DNA from: an uncultured Chloroflexia bacterium
Lineage (GTDB): Bacteria > Chloroflexota > Limnocylindria > Limnocylindrales > CSP1-4
Assembly: GCA_963707215.1 (NCBI GenBank)
Contig: CAVPPB010000001.1
Location: 832,001-896,000, forward strand
Length of the DNA: 64,000 bases
Reading direction: 5' to 3'
Shown here: positions 19,372-29,317 of the stretch, in pieces
Numbering within the stretch: position 1 is the stretch's first letter
How the letters are laid out: each line of letters starts with the position of its first letter
Program-made: the position numbers and the translations under genes
Notes under the pieces: model-generated
Database searches by the model: none
Told to the model about the DNA's origin: nothing
Seen by the model: the letters and a program-made list of their open reading frames with translations, nothing else

Positions 19372-20583
19372 TCAGGCGCCGGCGCGAAGCTTCGTGTAGC
19401 GCTCGCTGTACTTCACCTCGTCCTCGCCGAGGTCGAGGATCTCCTGGAGCTTCTCGACGGCCGACTGGTCGGGGTTCACCGTCGGATCCTCGAGGATGGC
19501 CGGGTCGATGAACTCCTTGGCGGCCTCGTTCGGCCCCATGTAGCCGATGTAGTTCGTGTTCGCCGCGGCCACCTCGGCGTCGAGCATGTAGTTGATGAAC
19601 AGGTTGGCTGCGATGGGGTGCTGCGCGTTGGCCAGCAGGACCATGGTGTCCGAGCCGCGGACGCCACCCTCCTCGGGGATGTAGTAGACGACGGTGTCGC
19701 GCTCGACCTGGACCTGGTAGACGTCGGCGCCCCAGGCGTGCATCACCCAGACGTCGCCGGTCGAGAGCACCCCGATGTCGTCCGTGGTGTAGGTCCGCAG
19801 CAGCGGCTTCTGCTCCTCGAGCAGCGCGAGGGCCTCGTCGAGCTCGCCATCGTCGGTGGTGTTGATGTCGTAGCCGAGGCGGATGAGCGCCGCCGCGAAG
19901 ACCTCGCGGACGTCGTCCAGCATCGCCATCTTGCCGGCCCAGCGCTCGTCCCAGAGGGCCGCCCAGGAGGTCAGCTCCTCGTCGATCTGGGCCGTGTCGT
20001 AGGCGACCCCGGTGGTCCACCACATGTAGGGCATGGAGTGCTCGTTGCCCGGGTCGTAGCCCGGATCCGCCCACTCGGCGCCCAGGTTGACGGCGTTCGG
20101 GATGAGGCTCAGGTCGAGCGGCTGGATCAGGCCCTGCTCGAGGAAGCCCTTGATGTAGGTCGAGGTCGGGAAGGTCACGTCGTAGCCGCTGTTGCCGCTG
20201 CTGATCTTGGCGGTCATCGTCTCGGCGCTGTCGAAGAAGTCGTAGGTGACCTTGACGCCGTACTCGTCCTCGAACCCGGCGATCGTCTCCTCACCGATGT
20301 AGTCGGCCCAGTTGTAGACGAACAGCTCGGCCTCGGGCTCCGGCGCGGAGCTCGGCGCGGTCGAGGCGCCCGCGCTGGGAGCGGCCTGGCTGGGCTCCGG
20401 CGTCGCGCCCGACGAGCAGGCGGCGAGGGCCGGGCCGATGGCGACCGTGGCCCCGGCGGCCGCCATGCCGCGGAGCACCGTCCGTCGGCTCATCCGGCGG
20501 GGCCCCGGCAGCAGCAGTCGTCGCTCCGGGACGATCAGCTGGCGCTGCCCGTCCGGGTCCTGGCTCGTCCTGCGGGTGGTCAT
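19372..20583 (-). CDS. potD: Polyamine ABC transporter substrate-binding lipoprotein (Tat signal)
   Basis: SRRTVL plus LAAC lipobox; LFVYNWADYI, DPGNEHSMPYMWWTTG, YYIPEEG. Confidence 0.88.
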   Translation of the reverse strand: MTTRRTSQDPDGQRQLIVPERRLLLPGPRRMSRRTVLRGMAAAGATVAIGPALAACSSGATPEPSQAAPSAGASTAPSSAPEPEAELFVYNWADYIGEETIAGFEDEYGVKVTYDFFDSAETMTAKISSGNSGYDVTFPTSTYIKGFLEQGLIQPLDLSLIPNAVNLGAEWADPGYDPGNEHSMPYMWWTTGVAYDTAQIDEELTSWAALWDERWAGKMAMLDDVREVFAAALIRLGYDINTTDDGELDEALALLEEQKPLLRTYTTDDIGVLSTGDVWVMHAWGADVYQVQVERDTVVYYIPEEGGVRGSDTMVLLANAQHPIAANLFINYMLDAEVAAANTNYIGYMGPNEAAKEFIDPAILEDPTVNPDQSAVEKLQEILDLGEDEVKYSERYTKLRAGA

Positions 20584-21758
20584 GGTCCTGCCTCCTCCCG
20601 GCCCCGCGACCGCGCCAGGACGAGCGCGTTCGCCGGGCTCCAGCCGATCCGGACCCGATCGCCGGCCGACCATCGCGGCGCCGATCGGGGGACGACCACG
20701 CTGAGTGCGAGGCCGCCCTCGGTCCGGATCTGGTGACTCACCGACGTCCCGAGGTACGCCGATTGCCCGATACGACCGAGCAGCGCTGGAGCGCCTGTCG
20801 CTCCCTCGCTCCCGGTCCCGTCATCGCCATCGAGCTCGACGGCCTCCGGCCGGATCGAGACATCGACGGCATCGCCGACCCGGACGCCGGTCGAGGCGGC
20901 CAGGCAGCGCTCGCCGCTCGACAGCCGGACGAGGACCGTCTCGCCGTCGACCGCTTCGACCGCTCCTTCGAGCAGGTTCGTCGTGCCGATGAAGTCGGCG
21001 ACGAACCGGGTGGCGGGCCGGTCGTAGAGCTCCTCCGGCGCGCCGAGCTGCTCGACCCGACCGCGGTCCATGACGGCGATCCGGTCGGACAGCGCGAGGG
21101 CCTCCTCCTGGTCATGGGTCACGTAGATGAACGTGATCCCGACCTCGAGCTGGACCCGCTTGAGCTCGACCTGGAGCTGGCGACGCAGCTTGAGGTCGAG
21201 CGCCCCGAGGGGCTCGTCGAGGAGCAGGACGGTCGGCTCGTTGACCAGCGCTCGCGCAAGGGCGACCCGCTGCTGCTGGCCGCCGGAGAGCTGATCGGGG
21301 CGCCGCTTGTCGAAACCGGGCAACCGGACGAGTTCGAGTGCCCGGCCCACCCGTCGCTTCACCTCCGGGTCGGGGACGCTCCGCCGGCGTAGCCCGAACG
21401 CCACGTTGTCGAAGACGCAGAGGTGGGGGAAGAGGGCGTAATTCTGGAAGACCATGTTGACCGGGCGGCGCTCCGGCGGCTCGGTCGTGATATCCGAGCC
21501 CCGCAGCTCGATCCTGCCGCCCGTCGGCAGCTCGAACCCGCCGATCATCCGGAGGGTCGTCGTCTTGCCGCAGCCCGAGGGACCCAGGAGCGAGAAGAAC
21601 TCGCCGGACCCGATCTCGAGCGAGATCCCGTCCACCGCGATGACGTCACCGAACCGCTTCGTCAGCTCGACGAGGCGGACCTCCGATCCGGGCGGATCGC
21701 TGGCCGGGGTGAGGGCTCCCGCCTCGACCCCTGGGACGCCGGGTGCCGCGGACGACAT
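20580..21758 (-). CDS. potA: Polyamine ABC transporter ATP-binding protein
   Basis: GPSGCGKTT, VFQNYALFPH, LSGGQQQR, LLLDEPLGALDLKLR, TOBE tail. Confidence 0.92.
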   Translation of the reverse strand: MSSAAPGVPGVEAGALTPASDPPGSEVRLVELTKRFGDVIAVDGISLEIGSGEFFSLLGPSGCGKTTTLRMIGGFELPTGGRIELRGSDITTEPPERRPVNMVFQNYALFPHLCVFDNVAFGLRRRSVPDPEVKRRVGRALELVRLPGFDKRRPDQLSGGQQQRVALARALVNEPTVLLLDEPLGALDLKLRRQLQVELKRVQLEVGITFIYVTHDQEEALALSDRIAVMDRGRVEQLGAPEELYDRPATRFVADFIGTTNLLEGAVEAVDGETVLVRLSSGERCLAASTGVRVGDAVDVSIRPEAVELDGDDGTGSEGATGAPALLGRIGQSAYLGTSVSHQIRTEGGLALSVVVPRSAPRWSAGDRVRIGWSPANALVLARSRGREEAGP

Positions 21759-21977
21759 CGCCACCACGCATCCTCGTCTCGGCCGCGGGATGCGGGGGCA
21801 CCCCACACGCGTCGCTGACTCTATCGACGCCCCATCCTCCGGGAGTCACCTGTCCCATGCTCCGGGCAGGCTGGCGCTCGTCGCATCACGGTCCACGGGC
21901 ACACCGACCGGCGCAAGAGCCGCTCGGACGGGGCCGGATGGCCCATCTTGCGGCGCCCGCCGAGGATCGCTGATCGG

Positions 21978-22817
21978 TCAGATCGGGCGCGGCGCGTTCC
22001 AGGGGATCCGGCCCACGACTGGATCCGCGAGCGCCGGCGGCTGCTGCCGGACCGGCACCGGCTGGATGGACACGAACCGGCCGTCCCAGGCCATCGGCAG
22101 CGGGTCGTACCTCCATGGCGTGAAGAAGCGCCGGAGCTGGTCGAGCGTCAGCTGCGTGTTCGGCCGCATGTCGTAGCCGTTGCGGCTCTGGAGGCCCCAG
22201 AGCGGCCCGACGACCCGGACGCTGGTCACCGTGAAGTCATCCGTCGTCGCCGGGTCGGCGGTGGCCGAGAACCCGGTCAGGATCCAGGCGTGGCCGCCGT
22301 CCGCCACGGTCAGGCCGACCGGGAGCCCGGTGCGCCGGATCCGCTCGACCGCAAGGCGGATCGCCCCGTCGAACGTCGCGCTGACCGTGAGCCGGTAGCG
22401 CTCGTCGACGAAGCGGCGGAGCCCGGCCTCCCAGCCCTGGGGATCCACCCCGGCCGAGACCGGCAGGTCGTACCGGTTGCGGCCGCGCATCCACTCGAAG
22501 TAGCGGGCCTGGCCGGCTCGTCCATGGTCGACCTCGTCGTGGACGATGTTGCGGATGATCTGGACGTCGGCGGCGGTGCACCAGAGCCAGGTCTGCTGGG
22601 TGCTGAAGACGCCGTCACGGTAGAGGTCGACCGAGCCGGTCCAGGCCGATGGCCCGGCGGCGAGCGCCACCCGCGGAGCGACGGCGGGGGCCGCTCCGAT
22701 GACGAGCAGCACTGCCACGAGGAGCGCGGCCAGGTGCCGGGGCCCTGACCGCGGGCCGCCGGCTCGGACCACCGACAGGCGTCGAGCCCCGAACGTCGTC
22801 GCCGGCTGGGTCCTCAT
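21978..22817 (-). CDS. Secreted hypothetical protein, papain/C39-like peptidase signature
   Basis: Signal peptide; QQTWLWCTAA (Q..C) and GGHAWILTGF (His). Confidence 0.55.
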   Translation of the reverse strand: MRTQPATTFGARRLSVVRAGGPRSGPRHLAALLVAVLLVIGAAPAVAPRVALAAGPSAWTGSVDLYRDGVFSTQQTWLWCTAADVQIIRNIVHDEVDHGRAGQARYFEWMRGRNRYDLPVSAGVDPQGWEAGLRRFVDERYRLTVSATFDGAIRLAVERIRRTGLPVGLTVADGGHAWILTGFSATADPATTDDFTVTSVRVVGPLWGLQSRNGYDMRPNTQLTLDQLRRFFTPWRYDPLPMAWDGRFVSIQPVPVRQQPPALADPVVGRIPWNAPRPI

Positions 22818-22833
22818 CGCCGATCCTCGGTGC

Positions 22834-23548
22834 TCAGGTCCGGTGGAGCGGGATCCGGGCCCCGGTCACCGTGCCAGCCGCCGGCGAGCAGAGGTAGAGG
22901 ACGGCTGCGGCGATCTCGTCGGGGGTCGTCCAGCCCGCGGTCCTGGCGCTGGGCTCGCGATCGCGGACCCCGTCGGCGTCGATCGCCCGGACCCGCAGGA
23001 CGTTGACCGTCACGCCGGTCGCAGCCGTCTCCCTGGCCAGGGCTGCCGATCATCGCTTCCTCAGCCGCCTTCCCGACGGTGTACGCGGCCGTTCGGGCCG
23101 GTGTCTCCGTTACGACCGGCGATGAGACCGCCACGATCCGGCCGAACCCGGCCTCGACCATCACCGGGACAACGGTCCGGGCCACGTTGACGGTCGTCCA
23201 GAGGTGCTGGTCGAGCATCGACCGGAACGCGTCGTCGGGGGTCTCGCTGGCCGGGACCCCGCCCGTCCAGCCCCCGACGAGGTGGGCCAGCACGTCGATC
23301 CGGCCGAACCGCTCCAGTACGGCGCCGACCGCATCACGCGCCTGGGCCGCGTCTCGAAGGTCCGCCCCGACCGCCAGCCAGCCGTCGCGATCCAGACCGA
23401 GCTCGTGGGCCACCGCCTCGACCCGCTCCAGCGTCGAGCCGATGAGCGCGACCCTTGCTCCCGCAGCGGCCAGGGCGGCGACGACCGCTCGCCCGGCAGG
23501 CCCGGCGGCGCCGGTCACCAGCGCCACCCGCTCGGAGAGATCGACCAT
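22834..23548 (-). CDS. SDR-family oxidoreductase (frameshift near 23045)
   Basis: VALVTGAAGPAG, YTVGK; alternative frame gives VTVNVLRVRAID...WTTPDEIAA...TGARIPL. Confidence 0.85.
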
Positions 23549-23633
23549 GGGTCCGCTATCGAGGCCGGCGTTCACTGGGCACCTCCTGCCTGCATCCCCC
23601 CCAGTATCCGCCGGAGGCCCACAGCCGTCACCG

Positions 23634-24059
23634 TCAGCCGCGGGTCGGGATCCGGTACAGGAAGACGAGCAGGATCGCGGCCGTCGCGGCTAGTCCCAAC
23701 CGCAGCACGAGCTGGTCCACGAGGACGATGGACACCCCGAAGGTCAGGGCGACGAGGACGAGCGCCCGGCCCTTGACGCCTGGCGGCAGCGACCGCGAGC
23801 GACGCCACTCGGCGATGATGGGGCCGAGCGCCGGCTGCCCCAGGAGCCATCCGTACAGGCGGGTCGAGGCGCGGGCATAGCAGGCCGCGGCCAGCAGCAG
23901 GAACGGGGTCGTCGGCAGGATCGGCAGCACGACCCCGGCGAGACCGAACCCGAGGGCGACCGTGCCGACGACCGCGCAGACCGCCCGGACCGGCAGCGAC
24001 GCGGCCGGGGGATGGGCCAGCTCGGGCGGTACTTCCTCGGGCTCCGGGGATCCCGTCAT
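23634..24059 (-). CDS. YbaN/DUF454-family membrane protein
   Basis: GVVLPILPTTPFLLLAAACYARAS...WLL...GPII.EW. Confidence 0.88.
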   Translation of the reverse strand: MTGSPEPEEVPPELAHPPAASLPVRAVCAVVGTVALGFGLAGVVLPILPTTPFLLLAAACYARASTRLYGWLLGQPALGPIIAEWRRSRSLPPGVKGRALVLVALTFGVSIVLVDQLVLRLGLAATAAILLVFLYRIPTRG

Positions 24060-24271
24060 GGACGTAGGATGCCCGCCCCGGGTCAGCTCGCGCCACCCGA
24101 GCCCGCCGCACGAGCCCGGATGCGTCCGCATCGCCCGTATCTACCCTCTCTGTATCCATCGGCACCTTCGCACCGGCGCCTCAGCGGTCGAACCTCTACG
24201 AACCCGATGCGTGTTCGACCGAGCCGGCGGGCGGCCGATCGGGCGGAGCTACGGTGGACGGAGAAGGATCG

Positions 24272-24733
24272 ATGGCGACCATCCCCGCGACCGACCAGGG
24301 CGGCGGCGTCCCCCGCCGACGGTTCCTGCGCTTCCTGCTCGGCTTCTCCGTGGTCTCGACCCTGGCCATGATCGCGGCCCCGGTCGTGGGCTTCCTCCTG
24401 CCCCCCAAGACCACCGGCGGTGGGGGCGGCGGCAAGATCCTGGTCGGGACGATCGCCGACATCCCGCTGGGCCAGGGCAAGGTCGTGCCCGTGGGCAGCA
24501 GCCCCGCGATCATCATCAACACGGACCAGGGGGTGAAGGGCTTCTCGGCCATCTGCACCCACCTGGGCTGCATCGTCGCCTGGGACCAGGGCGCCGCCAA
24601 CATCGTCTGCCCCTGCCATGACGGCCGCTTCAACGCCACGTCGGGGGCCGTCGTCTCGGGTCCTCCGCCGTCCGGCCTGCCCCCGGTCGAGGTGTCGGTC
24701 GAGGGCGAAGAGATCTACGTCGTGAGCGCTTGA
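24272..24733 (+). CDS. qcrA: Rieske [2Fe-2S] subunit of a menaquinol:cytochrome c oxidoreductase
   Basis: Tat RRRFL plus TM helix; CTHLGC, CPCHDGRF, GPPP. Confidence 0.9.
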   Translation: MATIPATDQGGGVPRRRFLRFLLGFSVVSTLAMIAAPVVGFLLPPKTTGGGGGGKILVGTIADIPLGQGKVVPVGSSPAIIINTDQGVKGFSAICTHLGCIVAWDQGAANIVCPCHDGRFNATSGAVVSGPPPSGLPPVEVSVEGEEIYVVSA

Positions 24734-24735
24734 CG

Positions 24736-25827
24736 ATGGCCGTCGACAGCCCGCCCGTCACGACCGGCAAGCCGACCACCGCGGGGCGCGTCGACGCGTG
24801 GCTCGAGGAGCGCCTGCGCTGGCATCAGCTCATGGACGTCCTCCTCCACGTCCGGGTCCCGCTGCAGGCCAAGACCTTCTTCTTCGGCGGGATCACGCTC
24901 TTCCTGTTCGGCGTGCAGGTGGCGACCGGGACCCTGCTGGCGCTCTACTACAAGCCCACCCCGGAGGCGGCCTACGACAGCGTCGTCTTCATCACCAGTG
25001 ACGTGGACTTCGGCTGGCTCATCCGCAGCGTCCACCACTGGGCCGCCAACCTGATGATCCTGTTCCTGGTCCTCCACATGATCAGGATCTTCTTCCAGGC
25101 CGCCTACAAGTACCCGCGCGAGCTGACCTGGCTCGTCGGCATGGGTCTGCTGGCCGTGACCATGGGCTTCGGCTTCACCGGCTATCTGCTGCCGTGGGAC
25201 CAGCGGGCCTACTGGGCGACGGTCGTCGGCACCGAGATCGCCGGAGGCATCCCGTTCATGGGTGACTTCCTGCTGGAGCTCCTCCGTGGCGGCGCCGACG
25301 TCTCCGAGGCGACCCTCAGCCGGTTCTTCGGCATCCACGTCCTGGTCCTGCCGCTGATGCTGGGAGCGATCGTCGCCATCCACCTGGTCTTCGTCCACCA
25401 GCAGGGCCTGGCCAACCCCAAGGAAGCCGATCCGCGGCCACCGGCCGTGCCGACCGGCCCGACCAAGCCCTTCTTCCCTCACTACATCCTCGAGGAGGTC
25501 ATCGCCTGGCTGTTCCTCCTGGCGATCCTCGTCGTGATGGCCTCGATCTGGCCGGCCGGCCTGGAGGAGGAGGCGAACCCCCTGGTGACCCCCGAGCACA
25601 CCAAGCCGGAGTGGTACTTCCTGGGGGTCTACGAGCTCCTCAAGCACATCCCCTGGAAGGTCGTCGGGATCCTCACTCCCATCGTCTTCCTTGCGATCAT
25701 CGGGCTGCTGCCCTTCCTCGACCGGAACCCGGCCGTCCAGGCCCGCAAGCGACCGGTCGCCATCGCCCTCGGGATCGTCACGATCGCCGTCCTCATCGGC
25801 CTGACGATCTGGGGCTACCTGAGCTGA
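24736..25827 (+). CDS. qcrB: Cytochrome b (b6-like N-half fused to a subunit IV-like C-half)
   Basis: GGITL, RSVHHWAANLMILFLVLHM, GFTGYLLPWDQRAYWA, RFFGIH-X14-H, KPEWYF. Confidence 0.92.
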   Translation: MAVDSPPVTTGKPTTAGRVDAWLEERLRWHQLMDVLLHVRVPLQAKTFFFGGITLFLFGVQVATGTLLALYYKPTPEAAYDSVVFITSDVDFGWLIRSVHHWAANLMILFLVLHMIRIFFQAAYKYPRELTWLVGMGLLAVTMGFGFTGYLLPWDQRAYWATVVGTEIAGGIPFMGDFLLELLRGGADVSEATLSRFFGIHVLVLPLMLGAIVAIHLVFVHQQGLANPKEADPRPPAVPTGPTKPFFPHYILEEVIAWLFLLAILVVMASIWPAGLEEEANPLVTPEHTKPEWYFLGVYELLKHIPWKVVGILTPIVFLAIIGLLPFLDRNPAVQARKRPVAIALGIVTIAVLIGLTIWGYLS

Positions 25828-25840
25828 GGTCCTGAAGACG

Positions 25841-27313
25841 ATGCGGATCGGGTCGGACACGCAGCGCCGCCTCCGCCATCTCCGCCTGGCCGTTCCCGCC
25901 GGCCCGATCATCCTGCTCGTCCTCGTCCTGGGCGGCGGTCCGGCGGCGGCCCAGGATCCGGAGCCCACGCCGACCCTCATCCCGGGCCCGCCGGCACCGA
26001 CGCCGATCGCCCACCCGGGTGACTCCGGCGATGACCAGTGCTACGCCTGCCACGTGGAGCTCGACGACCGGCAGCAGGCGATCTCCGAGGCGTGGGAGGC
26101 GAGCATCCACGGCGCCGGCGGCATCGGCTGTGCCGACTGCCACGGCGGCGATCCGAGGTCGGACAAGATCACCGTTGCCATGTCCGAGGAGGCCGGCTTC
26201 ATCGGCATCCCGTCACGCGACGTGACGGTGGGGGTCTGCGGCAGCTGCCACAGCGACCCGGAGCGGATGGGCCAGTACGGCCTCCCCACGGACCAGTACT
26301 CGAAGTACTGGACCAGCGTCCACGGCCAGCGCCTCCTCGAGGCGGACGACACCCGGGTCGCCATCTGCATCGACTGCCACGGGTCCCACGCGGTCAAGAA
26401 GGCTTCCGACCCGACGGCCGACGTCTACCCGCTCAACGTCCCCCAGATGTGCTCGCGGTGCCACTCGGATCCGTCGCTCATGGAGCCGTACGGCATCCCG
26501 ACGGACCAGTACGACGTCTACGAGCAGAGCATCCACGGCCAGGCGCTCATCGGGAACCAGGACGTCCGGGCGCCCTCGTGCACGTCGTGCCATGGCTCGC
26601 ACTCCGCCCAGCCGCCGCGCAGCTCCGAGGTCGTCGACGTCTGCGGGAAGTGCCACACCGCGACCCAGGACCTCTACCTCGAGAGCCGGCATGCCGAGCT
26701 GGAGACGGTCGCGCCCAAGTGCTGGACCTGCCACGGGACGCACGACGTGGCCAAGTCGAGCGAGGCGCTATTCCTCCACCCCGCGGGCGAGATGCCCGAC
26801 TACGACTGCACGACCTGCCACGAGCCACCCGACATGACCCTGAAGCTGAGCATCGAGCAGTTCGCGAACGAGGCCGATCGCCGCTGCGACACCTGCCACC
26901 ACCCCGAATCGGTGATCTACCCGCAGGTCGTCGCCATCCATGACGCCCTGGGCGGCGCCAGCGGAGCCCAGGCCTCGGCCGAGGAGAAGATCGCCAAGGC
27001 CCGCGGCCTGGGCATGCTCGTCGGCGACGCCGAGGTGACCCTCACCGAGGCGAAGACCGCCTATATCCAGGGCCAGGCCGCGGTCCACACGACCAAGCTG
27101 ACGACCGTCACCGCCCACACCGACGAGGCGGTCGCCAAGGCGGCCCGGGCCGAGGAGCTGGCCCAGGCGAAGCTCGACGAGAGCGACTTCCGCCGGCTGG
27201 CGATGATCGTCGTCATCGCCCTCATCCTGGTCAACGTCGTCATCCTCTACGTCGTCCTGCGCCGGATCGAGCACAGCCCGAACGAGGGCCCACCGCCCGA
27301 GCCGTCGCCATAG
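25841..27313 (+). CDS. Membrane-anchored decaheme cytochrome c
   Basis: Signal peptide; 10 CxxCH (CYACH, CADCH, CGSCH, CIDCH, CSRCH, CTSCH, CGKCH, CWTCH, CTTCH, CDTCH); helical stalk; C-terminal TM. Confidence 0.92.
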   Translation: MRIGSDTQRRLRHLRLAVPAGPIILLVLVLGGGPAAAQDPEPTPTLIPGPPAPTPIAHPGDSGDDQCYACHVELDDRQQAISEAWEASIHGAGGIGCADCHGGDPRSDKITVAMSEEAGFIGIPSRDVTVGVCGSCHSDPERMGQYGLPTDQYSKYWTSVHGQRLLEADDTRVAICIDCHGSHAVKKASDPTADVYPLNVPQMCSRCHSDPSLMEPYGIPTDQYDVYEQSIHGQALIGNQDVRAPSCTSCHGSHSAQPPRSSEVVDVCGKCHTATQDLYLESRHAELETVAPKCWTCHGTHDVAKSSEALFLHPAGEMPDYDCTTCHEPPDMTLKLSIEQFANEADRRCDTCHHPESVIYPQVVAIHDALGGASGAQASAEEKIAKARGLGMLVGDAEVTLTEAKTAYIQGQAAVHTTKLTTVTAHTDEAVAKAARAEELAQAKLDESDFRRLAMIVVIALILVNVVILYVVLRRIEHSPNEGPPPEPSP

Positions 27314-27511
27314 GCCCGGGGTCGGCCGCGGAGCGACCCTCGGGTCGCCACCGGGTCGGCCGGTCCGGACCGCAACGCAGGCGTCCCCGAAGGCGAGCGA
27401 CGGTCCCGTCGCGGACCGGCGGATCGGCCTGTGCGTCGGGGCCGCACGGTCCCGCGGGGGGCGGGCCGGACGGCACTGTCCGACATATTCGCGGATACGC
27501 ATGGTCGGGGC

Positions 27512-29317
27512 ATGCACCTGCCCCGCTGGGCCCGCGACCTGGAGCTCCTGAAGTGGATCGGCGTCATCCTGCCGATCGTCTTCATCTGGGTCTTCGAGCT
27601 CGTCCGCTTCTTCGTCGTCGAGGAGAGCGTCGGCGGCACCGAGACCCACGTCGTCTCGGCGCTCGTCATGGCCGGTGCCGTGGTCCTGTTCGGCATCGGG
27701 ATGGCCGCCCTCATCGACCGGACCGAGCGCGAGCTCGTCCGCCAGAACCGCGACTTGACGGCCACCCGCGCGGTCAGCGAGGCCGTCCGGGGGAACCGCC
27801 CGCTGCCGGAGGCCCTCGCCGAGGCCCTGGAGGGGCTGGCCCGCGAGACCGGCGCCGTCGCCGGCGTCATCCGGGTGCCCGGGGACGACGGTCGCGAGCT
27901 CGTGACGCGGCAGCCCCGGACCGTTCCGGCGGGCCTGGACTGGGCCGGGGCGCTCCTCGACGAGCCGGCGTCGACCCGTGCCGACGGCCCGCGCTACAGC
28001 GAGCGACGCGAGTTGGACACGACCCTTCTCGACCTCCCGCTCGCCTCCCGGGGGCAGCGCCTGGGATCGCTGCGCCTTGTCTTCCATCCCGCCCAACGAC
28101 CCGATCTCTCCGAGGAGGCGCTGTCCGACATCGCCGACGAGCTCGCCACCGCCATCCGGCTCCACCACCTGGTCGAGGACCTCCGGCGGCGCGAGCGGGA
28201 GCGGGCCGCCCTCTACGAGGTCGCCCTCCAACTCACCGAGCGGAGCGAGACGCGCCCGGCGCTCGACTCGATCGCGGAGCATGCTCGTGGACTGCTGGTG
28301 GCGGATCGCGCGGTCGTCTGCCTGGCCGAGCCCGACGCGGCGACCCGGTCCCGGCACGCGGCCGAGCGCCTGGCGCTCGCCGACGACGGTTCCGTCTGCC
28401 TGCTGGCCCAGGCTGGCGACGAGCCCGGCCACCGCAACCCCCTGTGCCCCGTTCAGATGGAGCGCGCTGGGAGCCAGTGGATGGCCCGACCGCTCCGCAG
28501 CGCCGACGGTCACCTCGGGGAGCTCTGCGTGGTGCGGGAGCAGGGTCCGGCCTTCTCCGACGCCGATCGGTCGCTGCTGGCCGCCCTGGCCGACATGGCC
28601 GCCATCGCCGTCACCACGGCCCGCCTCAAGGAGGCCGAGCAGCAGTGGACGATCGTCGCCGAGCGCGACCGTATCGCCCGCGAGCTGCACGACAGCCTGG
28701 CCCAGGTCCTGGGCCACATCCACCTGCGGCTGCGCGACATCGAGACCCGGCTCGACGGCGCCGCCCCGATCATCGGGGCCGAGCTGGCCGACCTGGCCGG
28801 CGTCGCCGACGAGGCCTACCGGGACGTCCGCGAGGCGATCCTGGGGTTGCGCGAGACGATCTCGTCCGAGGGCGGATTGGAGGGAGCGCTCCGCGAGTAC
28901 ATCGCCAAGTACGCCCGCCAGACGGGCATCAAGGCGAGCCTGGTGTGCGACGAGACCGCCCGGGCGGCGCTGCCGCCGCGGGCCGAGGTCCAGCTGCTCC
29001 GCGTCGTCCAGGAGGCCCTGACGAACGTCCGCAAGCACGCCGGCGCGACCCGGGTCGTCGTCCGGATGCGCTGCCCCGGCGGGATGCCGATCGTCGAGGT
29101 CGAGGACGACGGTGCCGGGTTCGACCCTTCGCGGCTGGAGAAGTCCTTCAGCGGCGGGTTCGGCCTGACCTCGATGCGCGAGCGCGTCGAGCAGGTCGGC
29201 GGTACCCTCGAGCTGCATACTGCCCCCGGTGAGGGGACCCGGATCGTGGTCCGCCTCCAGCCAGAGGACCCTCGTGTCGCACCAGCCACCACGTCTCCGG
29301 ATCCTGCTGGTCGATGA
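27512..29317 (+). CDS. Membrane sensor histidine kinase (2 TM, GAF-like domains, HisKA_3/NarX type)
   Basis: ERDRIARELHDSLAQ, QEALTNVRKHA, EDDGAGFD, FGLTSMRER. Confidence 0.92.
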   Translation: MHLPRWARDLELLKWIGVILPIVFIWVFELVRFFVVEESVGGTETHVVSALVMAGAVVLFGIGMAALIDRTERELVRQNRDLTATRAVSEAVRGNRPLPEALAEALEGLARETGAVAGVIRVPGDDGRELVTRQPRTVPAGLDWAGALLDEPASTRADGPRYSERRELDTTLLDLPLASRGQRLGSLRLVFHPAQRPDLSEEALSDIADELATAIRLHHLVEDLRRRERERAALYEVALQLTERSETRPALDSIAEHARGLLVADRAVVCLAEPDAATRSRHAAERLALADDGSVCLLAQAGDEPGHRNPLCPVQMERAGSQWMARPLRSADGHLGELCVVREQGPAFSDADRSLLAALADMAAIAVTTARLKEAEQQWTIVAERDRIARELHDSLAQVLGHIHLRLRDIETRLDGAAPIIGAELADLAGVADEAYRDVREAILGLRETISSEGGLEGALREYIAKYARQTGIKASLVCDETARAALPPRAEVQLLRVVQEALTNVRKHAGATRVVVRMRCPGGMPIVEVEDDGAGFDPSRLEKSFSGGFGLTSMRERVEQVGGTLELHTAPGEGTRIVVRLQPEDPRVAPATTSPDPAGR

